Below, in pieces: positions 1-10,631 of a stretch of 64,000 bases of DNA. The stretch is from an uncultured Ignavibacteriales bacterium (GTDB lineage: Bacteria; Bacteroidota; Ignavibacteria; T3Sed10-11). A program made the translations under genes and the position numbers. The DNA lies in the NCBI GenBank assembly GCA_964495085.1, contig CAZBUK010000003.1, forward strand, positions 4,528 through 68,527, given 5' to 3'. The notes beneath the pieces were generated by a model that was not told the DNA's origin, ran no database searches, and saw nothing but the letters and a program-made list of their open reading frames with translations. Position 1 is the stretch's first letter. The number at the start of each line of letters is the position of its first letter.

Positions 1-787
1 CTCAATCGCCTGTTCGACATCCCATTTCTGGTTGGCATCCATCATGAGTGCGCGATCGGGACCGATCTCTTCACGGATGATCGCTGCCCGGCGCAGGTCA
101 TCGTCAAGATTGGATCCAACCTTCATCTTGATACTGGTAAATCCATCCGAAACCGCCTGGCGACACAACCTGCGTATTTTCTCGTCGGAATATCCCAACC
201 AGCCTGCGGATGTCGTATAGGCCGGGTAACCATATTCTAAAAGAAATTTGATCCTTTGCTGTTTGATCGATGGTATGCTGTGTGGAGTAAGTATGTCGAT
301 CGCTTCTTCCGGTGTGATTGCATCGGTGATGTAGGTAAAATCGATGCACCGCACGATCTCTTCGGGACTCATTGCCGCGAGCAGTCGCCAGAGTGGTTGT
401 TGTCGCATTCTCGAGTAGAGATCCCACACTGCATTCACGACGGCGCCGGTCGCAAGGTGAATGACTCCTTTTTCAGGTCCAAGCCACCGAAGCTGGCTGT
501 CGCCGGTAATACTGCGCCAGAAAGCTGCGGGATCTGCAATGATGTCGTCCATTCTCCGGCCGACGAGTTTTTCCGCCAGTATGCGGATCGCCTCGCAACA
601 GAGCTCGTTTCCTCTGCCGATGGTAAATGTCAGCCCATGGCCCTCGAGCGAAGAGTCGGCTGCAGCGGTCTTTAAGATTACATATGCCGCCGAATAATCG
701 GGATCGGTGTTCATCGCATCGGATCCGTCGAGAGTGCGACTTGTGGGAAAGCGTATATCCCGGACCTCAAAATGAGTTATTTTCATC
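1..787 (-). CDS. fucD: L-fuconate dehydratase (enolase superfamily, mandelate racemase/muconate lactonizing family), N-terminal ~262 codons. The gene runs off the window start, so it is partial and is not in the supplied ORF track.
   Basis: My translation of the reverse complement from the ATG at 785-787 gives MKITHFEVRDIRFPTSRTLDGSDAMNTDPDYSAAYVILKT...GRGNELCCEAI...KMKVGSNLDDDLRRAAIIREEIG. This closely matches the FucD N-terminus and the MR/MLE metal-binding region. The reading frame is uninterrupted to position 1. Confidence 0.8.
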
Positions 788-1173
788 GATATGGAAAGAT
801 TAAACGGGAGATTCGGATAAGAATTAAGGAGCTTTTCGTTTGACCTTTGGGTTGTTCTACCGGTTGTCGATTCACGAACAAAAGAGAATACGTAATTTAA
901 ACAACTATTTCCAGATTGCGACGAAGAATATTCTAAAATGATGTATAGTGTTTTTTTTAAATATATTTTATACATTTAGTTTGCTCGGTTGGTTCTTGCG
1001 CTTCCCATTTGCAGTATAAAATATAATTCATATGAGGGTTGCGGTTCATCCAGCCGCAAGGCGGATACAGATTGATCAGGCCAGCCATGGACACGATCAT
1101 CATCCCGTTATGCTTCAACGACATTTCCCATGCTATGCCACGGAACAACTTCTGCACACACCACGGAGAAACA

Positions 1174-3594
1174 ATGAATTTATTCGCATTATTCGGCCGA
1201 CTGATTTTGATATCGATCATCGTTCTGGCATGCTGTATACCTCTCCGCAGTCAAATGCCGTATCTTCTCAACGAGACAGTTGATTTCAGCGGCGACTTCA
1301 GAGATTTTGCCAATACATATTTCCTCGCGGACGAGCTGGTCTCATTCGATCCCGTAGCCGGAAGCGGATCGGTCCGATACCAGCGGGCGAAGTATACAAC
1401 GGCCATGGCATTTAACAATCTTCGCGCGGTTTTATCGTCGTCAGGGGGCGATGAATTTCCAGGCGATATATACCCGGTCAATCCCGAACTGCCGTTTTCA
1501 CTGGAGTTTATCACGCCGAGGACGATCCGCATACATATGAAGTCGTCGAGAAATGCAATACCGGCGGACGATGCAACCTCATTGATGCTCGACGGGGTGC
1601 CGCCGTCGGACGATTCATGGGAATATTCATCGACAGCGGGGGGGCATCGCTATAAAAATATGCACGGATCTGTTATCGTTAACAATCACCCCTTTTATAT
1701 AGAATTCAGAGATGCGGATGAAAGAGTGCTCACCAGGACACGCCATCTCAGCGACAATCAGACGACTTTCTTCCCCGCAGTTCCATTATCGTTCGTACGC
1801 CGCGCTTCGGATTATTCCAGAAGTTTCGCGGCTGTCTTCTCTCTGATACCCGGAGAACGCATATATGGATTGGGCGAATCATTCACGTCATTGAACAAAA
1901 CAGGTCAACGGATAACACTCTGGGTCGACGACGCCCATGGAGCGGAAAACGAAACCATGCATAAGCCCGTTCCCTTTCTCATGAGCAACCGCGGATACGG
2001 CATGTTCATGCATACGTCGGCTCCCGTTACCTGCGACATCGGAGCGACGTTTCACGAAACGAATGCCCTGTTGATCGGAGACGACGATCTCGACCTGTTT
2101 ATTTTCATCGGAACACCGAAGGAAATATTAGATGCGTATACCGATCTCACCGGAAAATCGCCTGTTCCGCCGCTGTGGTCTTTCGGCCTGTGGATGAGCA
2201 GGATAACCTATTTTTCGGAGCGCGAAGTGAGGGAAGTCGCAGCCCGGCTACGAAAATTAAAAATTCCTTCGGATGTGATTCATATCGATACCGGGTGGTT
2301 CGAGGTAGACTGGCAGAACGACTTTCAGTTTGCCGCATCGCGTTTCGATGATCCACGCGCAATGATGAGAGATCTGAAAGATATAGGTTTTCAGATTTCG
2401 CTCTGGCAGCTTCCATACTTTTCACCGGGCAACAGTTTGTTCGAAGAGATTGTCGCCGAGGGATATGCGGTGACCGATGCAAAAGGAAACATTCACAACG
2501 AAGATGCGATCATAGATTTTTCAAATCCGCGGGCGATCGCATGGTACCGTGGACATATGCAAAACCTTCTTGAGCTCGGTGTTGCCGCCATTAAAGTAGA
2601 TTTCGGCGAAGCTGCTCCGTTGAGAGGATTGTACGCGTCGGGGAGGAGCGGGTTCTATGAGCACAATCTCTATCCGCTGCGATACAATAAGGTGGTTGCC
2701 GATATTACCCGCGAAGTGAAAGGCGAAAACATAATCTGGGCACGGAGTGCATGGGCCGGCAGTCAACGCTACCCCGTACATTGGGGGGGCGATGCCGCAA
2801 ATACAAGTACAGCGATGTTATCGACGCTACGCGGCGGATTATCGCTCGGGCTCAGCGGGTTCTCGTTCTGGAGTCATGATATCGGCGGTTTTCCGTCCGA
2901 GACTCCCGAGGAGCTCTACCGGAGATGGCTTCCCTTCGGCATACTCTCCTCGCACAGCCGCACGCATGGCAATCCTCCGAAAGAGCCCTGGTACTTCGGT
3001 GAAGATTTTACGACTGCTTTCCGTGAAAGTGTGGAGCTCAAGTACAGACTAATGCCGTATGTCTATGCGCAAGCGACTCACTGTAGCAGGAACGGGCTGC
3101 CGTTCGTACGAGCTCTGTTCATCGAATATCCGGACGATCCCGGGTCGTGGCTGATCGAAGATCAGTACCTGTTCGGATCGGATATACTCATAGCGCCGCT
3201 GTTCGAATCGAATACGACCGAGCGCGATGTCTATCTCCCGCCGGGTATATGGATCGATTATCAGACGGGGAGAAGCTATCCTGGCGGGTGGCATCGGATC
3301 GAACAGGGGAGCATACCGGTGATCATGCTCGTACGGGACGGAACGGCCCTTCCGCATGCAAAATTGGCACAATCAACGAAATATATAGACTGGTCGGCAT
3401 TGGAACTTGTCGTATTCTCGGAGGAGAGCGAGCGGGCCGAGGGAATGATCTGCCTTCCCGGCGAAGACATCCCGCGGACGGTCGTTCTTGAAATGAAAAA
3501 CGGCGTTTTCGATCAGACGAACAATCCCTTCGATGGCCGGGTAGAGTTCCGTATTACGTTGCCGGGAAATGATAGATCACACATCAGGCAATAA
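1174..3594 (+). CDS. Glycoside hydrolase family 31 (alpha-xylosidase/alpha-glucosidase type), secreted
   Basis: GH31 signatures are present: HIDTGWFEVDWQNDF, a catalytic Asp block AAIKVDFGEAAP, and HWGGDAANTSTAMLS...FSFWSHDIGGF. The track ORF is 1039..3594. I start it at the internal ATG at 1174, which is preceded by GGAGAA and opens a signal-peptide-like MNLFALFGRLILISIIVLACC. Confidence 0.85.
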   Translation: MNLFALFGRLILISIIVLACCIPLRSQMPYLLNETVDFSGDFRDFANTYFLADELVSFDPVAGSGSVRYQRAKYTTAMAFNNLRAVLSSSGGDEFPGDIYPVNPELPFSLEFITPRTIRIHMKSSRNAIPADDATSLMLDGVPPSDDSWEYSSTAGGHRYKNMHGSVIVNNHPFYIEFRDADERVLTRTRHLSDNQTTFFPAVPLSFVRRASDYSRSFAAVFSLIPGERIYGLGESFTSLNKTGQRITLWVDDAHGAENETMHKPVPFLMSNRGYGMFMHTSAPVTCDIGATFHETNALLIGDDDLDLFIFIGTPKEILDAYTDLTGKSPVPPLWSFGLWMSRITYFSEREVREVAARLRKLKIPSDVIHIDTGWFEVDWQNDFQFAASRFDDPRAMMRDLKDIGFQISLWQLPYFSPGNSLFEEIVAEGYAVTDAKGNIHNEDAIIDFSNPRAIAWYRGHMQNLLELGVAAIKVDFGEAAPLRGLYASGRSGFYEHNLYPLRYNKVVADITREVKGENIIWARSAWAGSQRYPVHWGGDAANTSTAMLSTLRGGLSLGLSGFSFWSHDIGGFPSETPEELYRRWLPFGILSSHSRTHGNPPKEPWYFGEDFTTAFRESVELKYRLMPYVYAQATHCSRNGLPFVRALFIEYPDDPGSWLIEDQYLFGSDILIAPLFESNTTERDVYLPPGIWIDYQTGRSYPGGWHRIEQGSIPVIMLVRDGTALPHAKLAQSTKYIDWSALELVVFSEESERAEGMICLPGEDIPRTVVLEMKNGVFDQTNNPFDGRVEFRITLPGNDRSHIRQ

Positions 3595-3723
3595 CGCCGG
3601 CGGACTTGGCATAACCGGACGGATGTTTCGGTTCTGAGTCCGGAAAGATTGATGTTACGTCCATGCCGTTTTGTAAACCTGGTACACAACTCGACTCTAT
3701 TAAGAAGAAAGCACGCTCTACAT

Positions 3724-4779
3724 ATGAAGTTAAAGACAAGAAACAGATCGGGTATTCCGAAGCGCATCACGGCGGAAGACGTCGCCCGTGAACTGGGCGT
3801 CTCGACCATGACCATTTCGAGAGTACTCAATAAGAAACCGAATGTCGACGATAGAACCCGCGAGAGAGTCCTGCAAACCGCGATGAGACTCGGATATATT
3901 CCGAATCATATCGCTCGAAGTCTCGTAACGAGAAGGACATACACGATCGGGGTTATCATCCCCGAAATCACCCACTCCTTTTTTCCCGACGTCATACGCG
4001 GAATCGAACAGGTGGTCTACAAAACCGGATATCATCTTCTTTTTATTCACTCGGCTGAGCAGGTAGAAAGGGAGCAAGAAGCATTTCGAACTCTGGAGGC
4101 GAATCAGGTCGACGGCATTCTCGTCTCAATGGCTCAATCGGTCACGGACTATACCTATTACCGAAAGGTCATCGCAGGCGGGAGACCGGTAATGTTCTTC
4201 GACAGATGTGCGAAACGATTGGGTGCGAGTTGCATCAGTATCGACGACGTTGAAAGCGCCAGACAGATGACCGTACATCTGATCAATCATGGATACCGGC
4301 AAATCGCACACCTCATGGGTTCTCTGAAGGTATCCATCGGCCGCGACAGGCTGCGCGGATTTAAAAAAGCGCTTTCGGAATTCGATATACCATTGCGGGA
4401 TGAATGGCTCGTCGAATCGGGGTATCACGAGGTCGGGGGATACAGAGCGATGATGTCCCTGCTCGATACATCCGGCCGGAATATTCCGCGCGCCGTGGTT
4501 GCGGTAAACGATCCCGCGGCATTCGGCGCCATGCACGCTATTCTGGAAAAAGGCTACCGGATACCCGAGGATATTGCCATCGTTGGTTTCTCGAATGACG
4601 TCCGCTCACCGTTTACGTCGACGCCGCTCACGACCGTCAACCAGCTCCCCTACGAGGTCGGAAGGAAAGCTGCCGAGAAATTGCTCAAACACATCGAGAA
4701 TCCAGGCGAAGAGGTGGAGCATATTATCATCAAGACGAAGCAGATTATCCGGCGATCGTGCGGCTGTACCGGAGCGTAA
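3724..4779 (+). CDS. LacI-family transcriptional regulator (copy 1). Its sequence is distinct from the two other LacI genes in the window.
   Basis: N-terminal HTH ITAEDVARELGVSTMTISRVLNKKPNVDDRTRERVLQTAMRLGYIPNHIARSL, followed by a periplasmic-binding-protein-like sugar-binding core. The track ORF is 3649..4779. I start it at the in-frame ATG at 3724 (MKLKTRNRSG...). It lies immediately upstream of xylA copy 1. Confidence 0.85.
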   Translation: MKLKTRNRSGIPKRITAEDVARELGVSTMTISRVLNKKPNVDDRTRERVLQTAMRLGYIPNHIARSLVTRRTYTIGVIIPEITHSFFPDVIRGIEQVVYKTGYHLLFIHSAEQVEREQEAFRTLEANQVDGILVSMAQSVTDYTYYRKVIAGGRPVMFFDRCAKRLGASCISIDDVESARQMTVHLINHGYRQIAHLMGSLKVSIGRDRLRGFKKALSEFDIPLRDEWLVESGYHEVGGYRAMMSLLDTSGRNIPRAVVAVNDPAAFGAMHAILEKGYRIPEDIAIVGFSNDVRSPFTSTPLTTVNQLPYEVGRKAAEKLLKHIENPGEEVEHIIIKTKQIIRRSCGCTGA

Positions 4780-4922
4780 CCGCGCACGTGAAGCATTCAA
4801 TACATTCCGCCGGTGGAGACGGATACAGACGATCCATATGGTACGATGTATCGGATGAAGAGATCACCCAATATCGAATCGGCTTATATTCATTTACCAG
4901 TAACGACTTCTGAGGAGAAACC

Positions 4923-6278
4923 ATGAGTGAAATGTCAATCAATACCGACGTTGTCGTCGGCAGAAAAGAATATTTTCTGAGCATCGGCAGGATACCGTTC
5001 GAAGGTCCCGGGACGGACAATCCCCTGGCGTTCAGGTATTACGACGAGAATAAGTCGATCGCAGGGAAATCCATGAAAGAACACCTCCGGTTCGCGGTTG
5101 CGTACTGGCATTCGCTCTGCGGCGGGGGGAAGGATCCATTCGCTCTGGATGTCGGAACACGTCCGCTCCCCTGGACATCGGGAGATGACCCGGTCGAGAG
5201 GGCGAGAGACAAGGCGGATGCGGCATTCGAACTCATTTCGAAACTCGGTGTACCCTTTTATTGCTTTCACGATACCGATGTCGTGGAAGAGGCTGATTCA
5301 TTGTTTGAAACCGAAAAGCGGCTTCACAACCTTGTGGAATATCTTCGGGAAAAACAGCAGGAATCGGGCGTGCAGCTTCTCTGGGGTACCGCAAATCTCT
5401 TCTCGCACCCGCGCTATATGAACGGCGCTGCGACGAACCCCGATTTTAACGTCGTAAGTTACGCGGGAGCGCAGGTGAGAATGGCAATTGATGCGACCAT
5501 TGCGCTCGGCGGACTGAACTATACTTTTTGGGGAGGAAGGGAAGGATACCTTTCGCTGCTCAATACAAACATGAAGAGGGAAATCGAGCACTTGGCGCGG
5601 TTTCTCAGTATGGCGAGAGATTATGCGAGGAAACAAGGCTTCGCGGGGACTTTTTTCGTCGAACCCAAACCGGCCGAACCCACTAAACACCAATATGATT
5701 TCGACGCGGCAACGGTTATCGGCTTCCTGCGTCAGTACGGTCTCGAGAAAGACTTTAAACTCAATATCGAGGTCAACCATGCAACGCTCGCGAATCACTC
5801 GTTCCAGCATGAGCTGCAAGTTGCCGCCGATGCCGGTATGCTCGGCAGCATCGATGCGAACAGGGGAGATTACCAGAACGGATGGGATACCGATCAGTTC
5901 CCCGTAAACGTTTACGAGATAGTCGAAGCGATGCTTGTAATTCTCGAGGCGGGTGGATTCCAGGGAGGCGGCATCAACTTCGATGCGAAAGTGCGGAGAA
6001 ATTCGACCGATCCCGACGATATCTTCCATGCACACATCGGCGCGATGGACGTCTTCGCACGAAGTCTCGAAGCGGCCGAAAAGATTCTCTCACAATCCGA
6101 ATATGGAAATCTCCGGAAAAATCGTTACGCTTCATTCGATACCGGTTACGGAAAAGAGTACGAGCAGGGGAATATGAGCATCGAGGATCTCTATCGGATC
6201 GCAGTAGGGAACGGAGAACCGGACAGGATAAGCGGGAAACAGGAGATGTACGAGAATCTCATCAACCGGTTTATTTAA
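4923..6278 (+). CDS. xylA: Xylose isomerase (class II), copy 1
   Basis: Full-length match to the XylA family: [69 protein letters not shown] and [21 protein letters not shown] strong SD (GAGGAGAAACC) precedes the ATG. Confidence 0.95.
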   Translation: MSEMSINTDVVVGRKEYFLSIGRIPFEGPGTDNPLAFRYYDENKSIAGKSMKEHLRFAVAYWHSLCGGGKDPFALDVGTRPLPWTSGDDPVERARDKADAAFELISKLGVPFYCFHDTDVVEEADSLFETEKRLHNLVEYLREKQQESGVQLLWGTANLFSHPRYMNGAATNPDFNVVSYAGAQVRMAIDATIALGGLNYTFWGGREGYLSLLNTNMKREIEHLARFLSMARDYARKQGFAGTFFVEPKPAEPTKHQYDFDAATVIGFLRQYGLEKDFKLNIEVNHATLANHSFQHELQVAADAGMLGSIDANRGDYQNGWDTDQFPVNVYEIVEAMLVILEAGGFQGGGINFDAKVRRNSTDPDDIFHAHIGAMDVFARSLEAAEKILSQSEYGNLRKNRYASFDTGYGKEYEQGNMSIEDLYRIAVGNGEPDRISGKQEMYENLINRFI

Positions 6279-6318
6279 TTCGCTGATAAAATCCTCGATG
6301 ACTAATCGGTTTCACGAA

Positions 6319-7818
6319 TCAGATATTTCTTGAGAACCCGCTCCGTCGTAATTCCTTTTTAAACTCCGATAGTTTTGTCGATTTATCGATCAATAGAAAC
6401 TCGATATCGAACATTTCGGCAAAATCTTCAAGGTGCTCGACATTGAGCGCCTGGCTGAAACATGTATGGTGAGCGCCGCCGGCGAGTATCCAGGTCGACG
6501 CCGAGGTTTCAAGATCCGGATGAGGAATCCATACTGCCCTTGCTACAGGGAGGTGCGGGAGCGGCTCTTGAGGTTCGATTGTTGTAACGGTATTGACGAT
6601 CATCCGGAACCGATTCCCCATATCGATAACTGTAGCGTTGACCGCCTCTCCCTGCGGCGCAGTGAAAATCAGTCTCGGGGGATCGGCTTTTCCTCCGATC
6701 GATAACGGGTATATGTCCAGGCGAGGTTTCGACGCTGCGAGCGACTCGCAGATCTCCAGCATATGTGCACCGAGCGCTTTCATACCCCCGTTTTCAGGAT
6801 TCAGATGATACGTATAATCCTCCATGAAGGATGTACCTCCGCTGAGTCCGGTCGCCATATGTTTCATCGCCCGTACAAGCGCTGCCGTTTTCCAATCCCC
6901 TTCGGCGCCGAAACCGTAGCCCTCCGCCATCAATCGTTGAACGGCTAATCCCGGCAATTGCGTAAGACCGTGCAGATCTTCGAAGGTCGTCGTGAAGCCT
7001 TTGAACCCTCCCTCGGCGAGGAAGGCGCGTAACCCGAGTTCGATACGCGCCGCCTCTATCAAAGATTGTTTTTTCCCGCCCCCTTCCCGGAGTGCATCGG
7101 CTATGCTGTAACGTTCTTCGTATTCTTGGAGAAGCCGTGTCACTTGTGGTTCGTCGATGGATTCGATCCGGCGTACAAGATCGCCGACGCCGTACCCGTT
7201 GACGGAATAGCCGAATCTGATCTGAGCCTCGACCTTATCCCCCTCAGTCACCGCAACTTCACGCATGTTATCCCCGAACCGGGCGATCTTTGCCCCCTGT
7301 AGATCGAGACGGGCTGAAGCGGCGCGCATCCACACGGAAATCTTTCTTCTGACTTCGGGATCGCGCCAATGTCCGACGACGACTTTACGGGTTTTTCCCA
7401 TGCGCGTACAGATAAATCCGAATTCCCGATCGCCATGAGCCGATTGATTAAGGTTCATAAAATCCATGTCGATCGAGTGCCATGGTAAGTCGCGGTTGTA
7501 CTGCGTATGCAGGTGCAGAAACGGTTTCGAAAGCGTCTGCAATCCGGAGATCCACATCTTCGCGGGGGAGAAGGTATGCATCCAGAGGATCAATCCTGCA
7601 CAGGTCTCCGAATTATTGGCTTCGCGACAAACGGAATCAATCGATTCGGGCGAAGTAAGCACCGGTTTGCCGATCAACCGCAAGGGAAGCTCGCCCTGTC
7701 CGGTTAAACCGCCGACGATTTCGTTCGCATCCTCGCCGACCGTCCGCAGCAACGAATCTCCGTACAGGTGCTGGCTTCCCGTGAGGAACCAAACTTCATA
7801 TTTTTTCAGATCTTCCAT
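6319..7818 (-). CDS. araA: L-arabinose isomerase
   Basis: The N-terminus [21 protein letters not shown] matches the AraA start (...YEVWFVIGSQHLYG...). The ~500-aa length and the internal FMEDYTYH/...H... metal-site blocks are typical of AraA. Confidence 0.92.
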   Translation of the reverse strand: MEDLKKYEVWFLTGSQHLYGDSLLRTVGEDANEIVGGLTGQGELPLRLIGKPVLTSPESIDSVCREANNSETCAGLILWMHTFSPAKMWISGLQTLSKPFLHLHTQYNRDLPWHSIDMDFMNLNQSAHGDREFGFICTRMGKTRKVVVGHWRDPEVRRKISVWMRAASARLDLQGAKIARFGDNMREVAVTEGDKVEAQIRFGYSVNGYGVGDLVRRIESIDEPQVTRLLQEYEERYSIADALREGGGKKQSLIEAARIELGLRAFLAEGGFKGFTTTFEDLHGLTQLPGLAVQRLMAEGYGFGAEGDWKTAALVRAMKHMATGLSGGTSFMEDYTYHLNPENGGMKALGAHMLEICESLAASKPRLDIYPLSIGGKADPPRLIFTAPQGEAVNATVIDMGNRFRMIVNTVTTIEPQEPLPHLPVARAVWIPHPDLETSASTWILAGGAHHTCFSQALNVEHLEDFAEMFDIEFLLIDKSTKLSEFKKELRRSGFSRNI

Positions 7819-7887
7819 GATCGAATCCTGTATACTCTATACATGCACCGCTGCGGTCAAATTCACCGATCGCAGGGTGGCCTGCTA

Positions 7888-9642
7888 TCAGCCGGAGAAG
7901 TAGAAGTAAATCGCGATTATTATAAGAATGAGGACCACCGACGCAATCAGATCGCCGCGGCTCCAGCTATGCCGGGAATCTCTCCGGTGTTCTTCCGTGA
8001 CCGTGCCGTATGTGAGTCCGCTTAATTTCTCATACGAAGGCGGCTGCGTAAAATAGCTGACCGCAACCATGACGCCACAACAGACGAGAAAGATGAGCAG
8101 GCTGTAATACTGGAAGAAGATGTTATTCATGACCCAGAAGAAAGATCCCTCGGCATAGGCAAATCCTTCCGTCAGCTGGACCGGTGTATCGATCGCGAGA
8201 CGGATGATGCCCATTAAAAAGCCGACGATCAAGGCGGCCATACATCCCTGAGCGTTCAAACGTTTCCAGAAAACGCCGAGGAAAAAGACGACGAATATGG
8301 GAGGTGCAAGATATGCCTGGACTCCCTGCAGATAGTCGTACAACCCACGTCCCCCCTGTATGACCGGAATCCAGAACAATCCTATGACCACCATGACGCC
8401 CGTTGCAACCCTCCCGATCCATACGAGTCGCTTCTGTGTGACGTTCGGCCTGAGGCGCGCATAAAAATCCATCGTAAACAGAGCCGAGGACGCGTTAAAC
8501 ACGCCCGCCAATGAGCTCATCAAAGCAGCGAGCAGTCCGGCTACCACGATGCCGCGGACGCCGACCGGAAGGACATGTGCGACGAGCAGCGGAAAGGCAG
8601 CTTGAGCCCTATCGCGGATCAATTCGCCGTCGGGTCCGATCAACTCTTTGGTGATTGCGGGAATGGTGCCTTGTTCGGCGAGTGCAAAACAGATGATGCC
8701 GGGAAGGATGAAGATAAAAACCGGCAGCAGTTTGAAAAATCCGGCTGCGATCGAGCCCCGCCGGGCCTGTGTTTCGTTTTGAGCGCTTAGCGCTCGCTGT
8801 ACGATGTATTGGTCGGTAGTCCAGTACCATAGACCGATAATCGGTGCGCAGAAGAGCATGCCCAGCCACGGATAGTTCGAGTTGAAGTACCACGCCATTC
8901 TGCCGCTCTCATGTACCGGAGCCCAGGTGCTTTCATAGCCCTCCGGAACGAGCGGCTTCCAGAGATTGAACATTTCAGAATCGACCACCTCGCGCAGGAC
9001 ATCCCATCCCCCCAGTACTTTCAGACCGAAATAAGTAACGAGTATAGAACCGATGATGAGCACGAGCGTCTGGAGTGCTTCCGTATATGCGACGGCCCGC
9101 ATACCTCCGAGTATCGTATAGATACCTGTGAAGACGATCACGAGGACCGAACCGATCCAGAAGCTGTCCAAACCAAATACGTTGATATCCGGAAGCAGCA
9201 CGCTGAAGACGATGCCGCCTGCGAATATACCGACTGCAATTTTGGTTAATACGTATGCGACCAGCGATATCAGCGAAAGCAGCGTACGGGCGCTGGGGGA
9301 AAAACGCCGTTCAAGAAACTCGGGCATGGTAATGACTTTCGATCGCATATAGAACGGTACCATAACCCACCCCAGAACCAGCAGACACCATGCATGGAGT
9401 TCATAGTGAGCCATAGCGACGCCGTCGGTTGCCCCGGAACCCGCAAGGCCGACCAGGTGTTCGGAGCCGATGTTGGAGGAGAAGATGGATGCACCGACGA
9501 TGAACCATGCCAGATGGCGTCCGGCAAGAAAATAATCGGTGGACGTATCCTGGCGCTGTTTGATGACCCACCAGGCGAGCGCGAGTATAATACTGAAATA
9601 GCCTGCTATCACGACCCAATCAAGTGCGGCTAAAGTAGACAT
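7888..9642 (-). CDS. Sodium:solute symporter family (SSF/SGLT-like) transporter. It is probably the pentose (arabinose) importer co-transcribed with araA.
   Basis: The protein has 13-14 hydrophobic segments and an SSF N-terminal signature YFLAGRHLAWFIVGASIFSSNIGSEHLVGLAGSGA. The track ORF is 7888..9735. I start it at the internal ATG at 9642 (MSTLAALDWVVIAG...), typical of SSF N-termini. A 69-bp gap separates it from araA on the same strand. Confidence 0.85.
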   Translation of the reverse strand: MSTLAALDWVVIAGYFSIILALAWWVIKQRQDTSTDYFLAGRHLAWFIVGASIFSSNIGSEHLVGLAGSGATDGVAMAHYELHAWCLLVLGWVMVPFYMRSKVITMPEFLERRFSPSARTLLSLISLVAYVLTKIAVGIFAGGIVFSVLLPDINVFGLDSFWIGSVLVIVFTGIYTILGGMRAVAYTEALQTLVLIIGSILVTYFGLKVLGGWDVLREVVDSEMFNLWKPLVPEGYESTWAPVHESGRMAWYFNSNYPWLGMLFCAPIIGLWYWTTDQYIVQRALSAQNETQARRGSIAAGFFKLLPVFIFILPGIICFALAEQGTIPAITKELIGPDGELIRDRAQAAFPLLVAHVLPVGVRGIVVAGLLAALMSSLAGVFNASSALFTMDFYARLRPNVTQKRLVWIGRVATGVMVVIGLFWIPVIQGGRGLYDYLQGVQAYLAPPIFVVFFLGVFWKRLNAQGCMAALIVGFLMGIIRLAIDTPVQLTEGFAYAEGSFFWVMNNIFFQYYSLLIFLVCCGVMVAVSYFTQPPSYEKLSGLTYGTVTEEHRRDSRHSWSRGDLIASVVLILIIIAIYFYFSG

Positions 9643-10631
9643 ATCGTACTCCACATATCGATGTGAGTGGTTAGGAAGTAATGAGAAGAGGTACGGATGC
9701 GAAATGAACGTCCGACGGCGGCTGTTCGCGGACAACGGTTCTGAGACATGTTATCCGTATGCATCATTTCACAAAGTTCACTGATGCGCATGAAACCGAA
9801 ATCTCCCGAGCGAACGATTACCGGCGTGTCTTCCACCGCACGGATCGGATGTTGCAATCGAATTCTTCAGGTGACCGGTCGTACAAGTGTTAACGATACC
9901 ACAAGTCTCGTCAATAATCGGTAATTTTAATAAACAATGCAATAGAGGAAATCATAATATTCATTAACCGTATAGACCTGCTCACATCTTGACGCGGCTG
10001 TCAACTGCTCGGCAAACAATTACACGATGCCAGGGTAGATACATACAGCTCGCTCCGGTCGTCTCGGAAGTGGCCATCCGGCCTGCATGGAACCGCAACC
10101 AAGGTAAGGTACCGATCAATTTTTCCCATCAGCATTTTAGACTATTCCGTTTGCAGTAAAATATAAACCGCGTCATCGATGATCCTCGGAGTGACAGGGA
10201 CAGATCGAATACTCGGTTCACGGGTTGTATCCGCCTGATAAGGGGATTTTAAACCGATGAGCTGTTTACCACAGGAGGATTGAGCAAAGAGGGACTGATT
10301 GGAGGTAACGGATTCAGAGATCCGATTTAACGTTAAAATGGAAGAGAAACCGCTGGTTTTTTATATTATTAAAAATAAGAATAATTACTAACCCGGGGAA
10401 AGCAGTCAGGGAAAATGCCCCCCAAAACACTCTTTTTAAAAGGTTTTTTCCGAAAGAAGTGGTATGGAAATTGCCACTCTATATCGAGTCGGTTATTGTC
10501 GAATGAATCAACAGGTGGACGCTATATGCGCTGGATCAATACCGCTCTTCATACCGTTTCTGAACGTTTTTCCACATCCTTATGCCTTGCCGACTACCCG
10601 TTCGGCCGAAATCTGTCACCAGAGACAATCC

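Noticed and set aside
256-697. Plus-strand track ORFs 256..675 and 461..697, and minus-strand ORF 104..427
   Set aside because: The region is occupied by the minus-strand fucD gene, whose translation matches L-fuconate dehydratase across the entire 1-787 span. The track missed fucD because it runs off the window edge.
1039-1173. 45-codon N-terminal extension of the GH31 ORF (MRFIQPQGGYRLIRPAMDTIII...)
   Set aside because: The internal ATG at 1174 has a GGAGAA ribosome-binding site and opens a canonical signal peptide. The extension has no such features.
5298-6035. 245-aa minus-strand ORF inside xylA
   Set aside because: It is antisense to a full-length, high-confidence xylose isomerase. It has no start context and no family resemblance.
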